A stretch of 48,622 nt of DNA from Candidatus Staskawiczbacteria bacterium RIFCSPHIGHO2_02_FULL_43_16 (GTDB taxonomy: Bacteria > Patescibacteriota > Minisyncoccia > Minisyncoccales > Staskawiczbacteraceae), in the NCBI GenBank assembly GCA_001821935.1, contig MHOU01000010.1, positions 45,157 to 93,778 of the forward strand. The letters run 5' to 3'. The notes beneath the pieces are model-generated. The model worked only from the letters and a program-made list of their open reading frames with translations, did not search any database and had not been told where the DNA came from. The translations under genes and the position numbers were made by a program. Positions within the stretch are counted from its first letter, which is position 1, and every line of letters starts with the position of its first letter. Of this stretch, positions 42,998 through 48,622 are shown piece after piece.

Positions 42998-44380
42998 ATG
43001 AAGTATAAAATACTGTTATTTTCGTTATTGGTTTTTTTAGTCCCAGCGTTTGTGGCCGCTGAAGATTTGGAAGCGCTTTGCGCTCAAATTTCAAGTTCAA
43101 CTGCCAGCTGTCAGAATTTAAGCAGCGCCGATTGTCGCGCTACCCTTGAAAAATGCGCGGCGTATTATGATGCCCAATCTGCCGAAATTGCCAAAGACCT
43201 TACCAAAACCGCCGCCCAAAAAAATACCCTGCAAAACGCGGTTTCCGGTTTGAAGAAAAAAATCACCAGCCTGGAAGGCCAGATCAATAAAGGAACCTTG
43301 ATGGTCAAAGGTTTGAACTTGCAAATAAATGATACCGCAGTTTCCATTAATAAAACCGAAGTGAAAATAGAAGATTCCCAGCAGCAGATTATAGGCATTT
43401 TGCGCGCCATTTACCGGGAAGATAAAAAACCTTCATTGGTAATTTTGTTGGAAGGGGATTTGTCTGATTTTTTCAGCAACGTGGCGCACCTGGAAAATTT
43501 AAACGCCAAAGTTTCAGACTTGCTGGAAAGCACCACTAATTTGAAAGAATACCTTCAAGGCCAAAAAACTAAAATGGACAGCGAAAAAACCCAGCTGCAA
43601 AAAACCATCCAGATACAAAATTTGCAAAAAAAGGAAAATGAACAAAATAAAAAACAGCAGGAAACCAACTTAAAGCTTACGGAGGCCCAATATCAAGCCC
43701 AGCAAAAAGAAAAAGCTACGGCTGACAAAAATGCTTCCGCCATCAAGGCCAGGATCTTTGAATTGGTGGGAGTTTCCAATGCGCCCACCTTCGGCCAGGC
43801 CGTTGAAATTGCCAAGTATGTTTCCGGTTTGACCGGTGTGAGGCCGGCACTGCTTTTGGCAGTGTTAACCCAGGAGTCCAGCCTGGGTAAAAATGTGGGG
43901 CAGTGTTATGTGACAGACCTTGCTACCGGAAGCGGCACCAATTTATCCGGGACGGCGGCGCGCCAACGGGTCATGAACCCAAAAAGCATCCCGACGTTTA
44001 TCACGTTAACGGAAAGTTTGGGCATGGATTACAAAAAAACACCGGTGTCTTGCTGGATTCCCATGTATTCGGGTGGCGTGCCGTATGGTTGGGGTGGAGC
44101 CATGGGGCCGGCTCAATTCATTGCTTCCACTTGGAGTTTATATAAAGAAAAAGTGGCTCAAATTATCGGAATGGTAGCCAACCCGTGGAATATTCGCAAT
44201 GCGTTTTTGGCTTCGGGGCTTTTGCTCAAAGATAACGGAGCGTTGACCAGCGAATCGGTTGCGGCGGCAAAATATTATTGCGGGGGAAATTATAGAAGGT
44301 CTGAATGCAAAACCTACGCCAATTCCGTATTAAGATACGCGGCGCAGTATGAGGCGGATATCAAAGCGATCGGGGGGTAG
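42998..44380 (+). CDS. Secreted coiled-coil protein with a C-terminal lytic-transglycosylase-like domain
   Basis: Signal peptide, ~230-aa coiled coil, then LTQESSLG...GAMGPAQFIASTW...KYYCGGNY, which resembles the SLT ES...GLMQ...AYNxG motifs. Confidence 0.45.
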   Translation: MKYKILLFSLLVFLVPAFVAAEDLEALCAQISSSTASCQNLSSADCRATLEKCAAYYDAQSAEIAKDLTKTAAQKNTLQNAVSGLKKKITSLEGQINKGTLMVKGLNLQINDTAVSINKTEVKIEDSQQQIIGILRAIYREDKKPSLVILLEGDLSDFFSNVAHLENLNAKVSDLLESTTNLKEYLQGQKTKMDSEKTQLQKTIQIQNLQKKENEQNKKQQETNLKLTEAQYQAQQKEKATADKNASAIKARIFELVGVSNAPTFGQAVEIAKYVSGLTGVRPALLLAVLTQESSLGKNVGQCYVTDLATGSGTNLSGTAARQRVMNPKSIPTFITLTESLGMDYKKTPVSCWIPMYSGGVPYGWGGAMGPAQFIASTWSLYKEKVAQIIGMVANPWNIRNAFLASGLLLKDNGALTSESVAAAKYYCGGNYRRSECKTYANSVLRYAAQYEADIKAIGG

Positions 44381-44421
44381 TTTGAGGGATAGTTGTCCTT
44401 TGTCATTTTAGGAGGATTTGC

Positions 44422-44589
44422 ATGAATGCAATGTATTGGATTGTCTCTTTTCCCTTACTTTTGGTCTCGGCTTTTTTGGGATTATTTTGGGATGTGAAAG
44501 CGCCCAAAAAGAAACTTCGGGTAGCCGGTGGCGGCCGAAATCGCACCAAGGTAAAAAAACCTTCACCTTGGTCCAAGGATGAGTTATAA
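44422..44589 (+). CDS. Small membrane protein (55 aa) with a perfect SD
   Basis: AGGAGG 7 nt upstream of the ATG. One TM helix, then a basic tail. Below the ORF-track cutoff. Confidence 0.45.
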   Translation: MNAMYWIVSFPLLLVSAFLGLFWDVKAPKKKLRVAGGGRNRTKVKKPSPWSKDEL

Positions 44590-44663
44590 AACAGTTCATT
44601 GAATCACCGGCCTGTCGGTGAAACGGTAGCTTCTGCAAGGAGTGAAAAGAAGCGCCGAGCCGC

Positions 44664-44699
44664 TCCCGGATTGCTGTGCAAGGCATCCGGGAGTTTTTA
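44664..44699 (+). terminator. Intrinsic terminator
   Basis: CTCCCGGAT-tgctgtgcaaggc-ATCCGGGAG followed by TTTTT. Confidence 0.6.
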
Positions 44700-44721
44700 A
44701 TTACTGCGAATTAGAATATGT

Positions 44722-44767
44722 TAAAAAAATGAGCCGTTTCGCTTTTGCGAAACGGCTCATTTTTTTA
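44722..44767. terminator. Bidirectional intrinsic terminator directly after the prfA stop
   Basis: AAAAAAATGAGCCGTTTCGC-tttt-GCGAAACGGCTCATTTTTTT. Confidence 0.7.
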
Positions 44768-45562
44768 CTAGACCCTAGACCCTTCTTTTTTCTGCTCTTC
44801 CTCGAATTTCTTAAAGGCTTTGAAAATGGGCTCCATTTTGCCCTCTACAATATCTTCCAAATTATGCCAGGATTTTTCTATCCTATGATCGGTAATTCTA
44901 TTTTGCGGGTAATTATAGGTTCGGGTTTTTTCAGAACGCTTGGCCCAGCCAATTTGCTCCCGGCGCGCTTGGGTTAATTTTGATGAATCGGCTTCTTGCT
45001 GGGCTTTCAAAAGGCGCGCGCCCAAAAGCCCCATGGCATTTTCTTTATTTTGCAGCTGGCTTCGTTCTGTTTGACTGGTCACCACAAGACCGCTGGGGAT
45101 ATGGGTGATTCTAATGGCAGATTCAGTTTTATTTACGTGTTGGCCGCCAGCGCCTGAAGAGCGGTAAGTGTCTATTTTAAGATCAGAAGGATTTATGGTA
45201 ATGTCCATTTTGGTGGGTTTTTCTAAAACGGCAATGGTTACCGTTGAAGTGTGTACACGCCCTTGTTTTTCGGTGGCTGGAATACGCTGAACCCGGTGCA
45301 CCCCGCTTTCATATTGCATGGCTTCAAATGCGCCCGAGCCGGAAAGTTCAAACACGATTTCTTTATAACCCCCCACATCTGAAGTGTTGGAATCGATGAC
45401 TTTATTGCCCCACCCTTGGCTAGTGGCATATTTTGAATACATCCGGTATAAATCACGCACAAAAAGCCCAGCTTCGTCTCCACCGGTCCCCGCGCGAATT
45501 TCAATAATCACGGATTGCTTTCCGCCCCCACCCGTTTGTTGTTGATATTCTTGATAATCCAT
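44768..45562 (-). CDS. prfA: Peptide chain release factor 1 lacking N-terminal domain 1
   Basis: PAT tripeptide (QRIPATEKQGR), GGQ (SSGAGGQHVNKTESAIRITHIPSG), and EIRAGTGGDEAGLF matching E. coli RF1 around residue 107. An in-frame stop lies 5 codons upstream of the ATG, and only 77 bp separate it from rpmE. Confidence 0.8.
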   Translation of the reverse strand: MDYQEYQQQTGGGGKQSVIIEIRAGTGGDEAGLFVRDLYRMYSKYATSQGWGNKVIDSNTSDVGGYKEIVFELSGSGAFEAMQYESGVHRVQRIPATEKQGRVHTSTVTIAVLEKPTKMDITINPSDLKIDTYRSSGAGGQHVNKTESAIRITHIPSGLVVTSQTERSQLQNKENAMGLLGARLLKAQQEADSSKLTQARREQIGWAKRSEKTRTYNYPQNRITDHRIEKSWHNLEDIVEGKMEPIFKAFKKFEEEQKKEGSRV

Positions 45563-45639
45563 GGATAAAATATATCATAAAGACTTGATTTTGGAAAGAA
45601 AGCTTGCTATTATTGTAAATATTTCATATAATACTAACC

Positions 45640-45909
45640 ATGAAAGCAGACATCCACCCAATTTATTTTCCAAAAGCAGGTGTTAAGTGCGCCTGCGGTA
45701 ATTCGTTTACGGTTGGATCAACCAAAGAATTTATTGAAACTGAAATTTGCGCCCAGTGCCACCCTTTTTATACTAAGAAGGAAAAGGTGATGGATACCTT
45801 GGGCAGGGTACAGAAATTCAAAGACCGGGCCGCCAAGAAAATTGATAAGCCAAAGAAAGTAAAAAAGGTTAGGGAAGAAAAAGATAATAAGGCGACACTA
45901 ATCAACTAA
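45640..45909 (+). CDS. rpmE: 50S ribosomal protein L31
   Basis: [10 protein letters not shown]...CACGN...CAQCHPFYT with a basic C-terminal tail. Confidence 0.9.
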   Translation: MKADIHPIYFPKAGVKCACGNSFTVGSTKEFIETEICAQCHPFYTKKEKVMDTLGRVQKFKDRAAKKIDKPKKVKKVREEKDNKATLIN

Positions 45910-46610
45910 TGACATCCGAATCTACTAATAACGTAAAACTTAACGCGGATGATATGGCCAAAGCCGGCCTGAATTTTGGTCATACCGTTTCCAAGCTTCA
46001 TCCTAAAATGAAGGCTTTTGTACAGGGCGTTAAAAGCAATGTCCACATGATTGATATGGAAAAGTCCGCCAAAGAATTTGATTTGGCTTTGAAATTTATT
46101 TCCCAATTAGTTGCCGAAGGAAAAACATTGCTGTTTGTGGGAACAAAAATACAGGCAAAAAATTTAACCAAAGTAGCGGCGGTGGAAAGCGGTATGCCAT
46201 ATGTTACCGAACGGTGGCTGGGTGGAGCCTTTACTAATTTTGAAACCATTTCAAAACGGGTGGCTCACTTGAAAGACTTGGAAAGCAAAAAAGCCAAAGG
46301 TGAATTTGAGAAATATACCAAATATGAACAGATGATGCTTAATGAAGAAATCGCTTCGCTGACCACGAAATTTGAAGGCATCAAAAATATGGCAAAGTTG
46401 CCGGAAGCCGTTTTAATTTTAGATTTAAAAAAAGACATTGCCGTAGCGCGTGAAGCAAAACGCAAGGGTATTAAAATTGTGGGCATTGTAGACACCAATA
46501 TTGACCCGGCTCTGGCCGATTACGCCATTTATGCCAATGATGACGCCGTTTCTTCTATTGGATACGTGCTGGAAAAAATCAAAGAAACTATATTAAGTGC
46601 GAAACCCTAA
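45909..46610 (+). CDS. rpsB: 30S ribosomal protein S2
   Basis: GHTVSKLHPKMKAFV...LFVGTK. Confidence 0.9.
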   Translation: MTSESTNNVKLNADDMAKAGLNFGHTVSKLHPKMKAFVQGVKSNVHMIDMEKSAKEFDLALKFISQLVAEGKTLLFVGTKIQAKNLTKVAAVESGMPYVTERWLGGAFTNFETISKRVAHLKDLESKKAKGEFEKYTKYEQMMLNEEIASLTTKFEGIKNMAKLPEAVLILDLKKDIAVAREAKRKGIKIVGIVDTNIDPALADYAIYANDDAVSSIGYVLEKIKETILSAKP

Positions 46611-46712
46611 ATCCGAAACCCTAAACTCTAAATAAATAAAAAATTCAAAATAAAAAACGTTTTGAGTTTAAATATTTGAGTTTATTTAGGATTTAGAGTT
46701 TAGTGTTTAGAA
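46604..46712. repeat. Heptamer-array palindrome of the 15181 family: AACCCTAAA/TCCGAAACCCTAAA/CTCTAAA ... TTTAGGATTTAGAGTTTAGTGTTTAG
   Basis: Shares the right arm and CTAAACTCTAAATAAAT with 15181..15278. Lies between rpsB and tsf. Confidence 0.6.
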
Positions 46713-46715
46713 TTT

Positions 46716-47165
46716 ATGATTAATATCGAAGATATTAAGAGATTGAGAGATGAAACCGGTGCCTCGCCGGTGAAAATTAAAAAGGCCATGGAAGAGTCTG
46801 GGGAAGATGTTCAAAAAGCCAAGGAATTGTTGAAAAGCTGGGGAGCGGTAAAAGCCGGTGAAAAAGGAGGGCGCGAAACCCATGACGGTGTGATTGATTT
46901 TTATATCCATCCTAATGCCAAGTCCGGCGTACTACTGGATATCCGTTGTGAAACTGATTTTGTGGCAAAAAACCCCGATTTTAAAAGCCTGGCTCACGAA
47001 ATTTGCCTGCACATTGCCGCCATGCAGCCTGAAAATGTTGAAGCCTTGCTGGCGCAATCCTGGGTAAAAGACGATGCCAAAACCATTAAAAGTTTGATTG
47101 AAGAAACAGTAGCTAAAATAGGGGAGAATATTACTGTGAAACAGTTTGCACGCTTTGCGATATAA
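46716..47165 (+). CDS. tsf: Elongation factor Ts, short form
   Basis: 149 aa. IKRLRDETGASPVKIKKAMEESGEDVQKAKELL N-terminal UBA-like domain. Confidence 0.85.
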   Translation: MINIEDIKRLRDETGASPVKIKKAMEESGEDVQKAKELLKSWGAVKAGEKGGRETHDGVIDFYIHPNAKSGVLLDIRCETDFVAKNPDFKSLAHEICLHIAAMQPENVEALLAQSWVKDDAKTIKSLIEETVAKIGENITVKQFARFAI

Positions 47166-47168
47166 TCT

Positions 47169-47480
47169 ATGCTTACACTCATCATATCCGGTATTTTTTT
47201 TATTTCAGTTTTGGGAGTTGCATTCATTTTGTTTAGAAAAATTCCGGTATTGGTGCAGCTACCCCAAAACGGTCATCATGGAATTAAAAAGCCGCAGCTG
47301 ATTGCCAACATTGAAAAAACACTGAAAGCCCACCATTTCCACTTTTTTGAAAAACAGATGCTGCTGCAAAAATTATTGAGTAAATCTCGGATTTTGATAT
47401 TGAAAGCGGAGCGGTGGATTGACGTGGCTTTACGCGGAATACGCAAAAAGGCACAAGAGTTGGATGAGAAGAAAAAGTAG
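47169..47480 (+). CDS. Hypothetical membrane protein
   Basis: N-terminal TM helix and a basic C-terminus. Confidence 0.4.
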   Translation: MLTLIISGIFFISVLGVAFILFRKIPVLVQLPQNGHHGIKKPQLIANIEKTLKAHHFHFFEKQMLLQKLLSKSRILILKAERWIDVALRGIRKKAQELDEKKK

Positions 47481-47494
47481 ATTACGCGGCCCAC

Positions 47495-47566
47495 GCCGAT
47501 GTAGCTCAACAGCAGAGCAACACTTTTGTAAAGTGAAGGTTGTGGGTGCAACTCCCTCCATCGGCT
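47495..47566 (+). tRNA. Atypical tRNA-like gene (anticodon UGU, Thr) lacking D-loop GG and the T-loop TTC
   Basis: Perfect 7-bp acceptor stem GCCGATG/CATCGGC, D stem GCTC/GAGC, anticodon loop TTTGTAA. But the D-loop is AACAGCA, the T-loop is TGCAACT, and the anticodon stem has one mismatch. Confidence 0.5.
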
Positions 47567-47673
47567 CAAAGGTATTGACAACGGATTTATTTAGACTAGA
47601 ATACAGTTATATATTATTAACAATTAAACTTGCAAAATAATATTTTATAAAACTTAGAAGTTTTTAAAAATAT

Positions 47674-47719
47674 CCGCAAAGGTTTACAAAATTTTGTATA
47701 TCTTTGCGGGTGTTTTTTT
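47674..47719 (+). terminator. Intrinsic terminator
   Basis: CCGCAAAG-gtttacaaaattttgtatat-CTTTGCGGG followed by TGTTTTTTT. Confidence 0.65.
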
Positions 47720-47744
47720 CAGAAAACGCAGCACGGAAAGAATT

Positions 47745-47773
47745 TTGACAATTATAGGCCCTCATTTTAGATA
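47745..47773 (+). promoter_or_regulatory. Putative rRNA operon promoter TTGACA-N17-TAGATA
   Basis: Lies ~390 nt upstream of the 16S 5' end. A long structured leader follows. Confidence 0.4.
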
Positions 47774-48157
47774 GCCATCTTGAAATGAGGGAGGTAAGTA
47801 GCAAGTGAAAACCAAGCACTCATTTTTGTACATTAAGCCAGGGGGTGGATTGCGTGTCGTTGGCACGAGCGGCGGCACCTTTTTCGGTTGCGCCTAGGGT
47901 CAGGGTAACGGGAAAAGAACCAGTAATAATCGTGACTGGACAGTTCACCTCTTGTAATTTTCAGGGAAAAAGGAATGGGCTGGCCAGCCTATTGGCGCTC
48001 CGGGTTCAGTTTCGTTAACTGACGACGAGGTCTTCCACGCGGCCCATTTCCTCTTTTTTCAATGTGTCCAAAAATGAGTGCTCGGTAAAGTAACTTGTTT
48101 AAAATTAGTTTTTGAAAGTTGTTTCGAATAAGCTTAATACGTGCTTAACGTATATAT

Positions 48158-48622
48158 TATTTGAGAGTTTGATCCTAGCTCAGGGTGAACGCTGGAAATG
48201 TGGATACCGGCATGCAAGTCAAGGGGCCCAGGGATGTAGACTCTGAACGCGAATCTAAATTGAGAAGCGAAAAAATGTGATAATTTCAATGTTTCTTGCG
48301 ACGAAATGTAGTGACTACTACATTGAGGAGTAAAAACGAAGAAATTAGCCATTTTTTCGCTTCCCTTCGGGCTTTCATATTTTGATTATCTTCTGCGTCT
48401 TCGGAGCTTAACGATGCCTACAGCATCGCTTCGCTCCTCAGTTCTTGAATATAATCAAAATATGGAAGCTCAATTGATTCTGTTCAGAGTCTACATCCTT
48501 AAGGCACCGGCGAACGGCTTAGTAACACGTGGATACATACCGCAAAGTGGAGCACAGCTCGTCGAAAGACGGGGTAATTCTCCATAATCCCGCAAGGGTA
48601 AACACGCAAGTGGCTTTGTGAA
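48158..48622 (+). rRNA. rrs: 16S rRNA, 5' portion (runs off the window end), with a ~230-nt insertion in helix 6 (48252..48480)
   Basis: GAGAGTTTGATCCTAGCTCAGGGTGAACGCTGG...CATGCAAGTC...GGCGAACGGCTTAGTAACACGTGG match conserved 16S 5' blocks. The extended helix GGGATGTAGACTCTGAACG/TGTTCAGAGTCTACATCC encloses the inserted sequence. Confidence 0.9.

Noticed and set aside
47790-48100. tmRNA in the rRNA leader (GGGGGTGGATTGCGTGTCG resembles the tmRNA 5' end)
   Set aside because: No tRNA-like 3' end (GGTTCGA..TCCACCA) and no tag reading frame. More simply explained as an rrn leader processing structure.

Overview
AT-rich bacterial chromosomal segment, roughly 40% GC by eye (not computed), with the look of a small-genome Patescibacteria/CPR-like organism. 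Supporting signs: a short EF-Ts, gatC/gatA, a divergent FtsZ with basic extensions, and a 16S gene start carrying a large helix-6 insertion. Most genes are on the + strand and are housekeeping: mreB (two copies), holB, frr, rseP, proS, gatC, gatA, prfB with its programmed +1 frameshift, ftsE, ftsX, ftsZ, galU, a D-2-hydroxyacid dehydrogenase, trxB, eno, gpmA, a glutaredoxin, gap, ppsA, a PfkB kinase, class II fba, rplY, an N-terminally truncated prfA, rpmE, rpsB, tsf, four tRNAs/tRNA-like genes and the first ~465 nt of a 16S rRNA. Findings, most important first: (1) Downstream of tRNA-Gln there is a visibly GC-richer block with its own sigma70-like promoter that encodes a near full-length homologue of the eukaryotic Major Vault Protein (835 aa), followed by a YhbQ-type GIY-YIG protein and an ABC exporter. 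(2) Two short repeat families occur in-frame inside unrelated conserved genes: a PSTGSGQA-coding unit in cfa, gpmA and ppsA, and a 28-nt hairpin unit in gatC that also flanks a yerC-like gene. (3) The tRNA-Ile(GAU) gene sits inside a palindromic mini-element, next to duplicated tRNA 5' and 3' fragments and a ~270-bp terminal-inverted-repeat element; a second copy of that element shows compensatory base changes. (4) Arrays of heptamers built on CCCTAAA/TAGGG motifs form long hairpins at several gene 3' ends. (5) Several candidate ncRNA loci have a promoter and a terminator but no ORF. No CRISPR array, integrase or transposase gene was seen.
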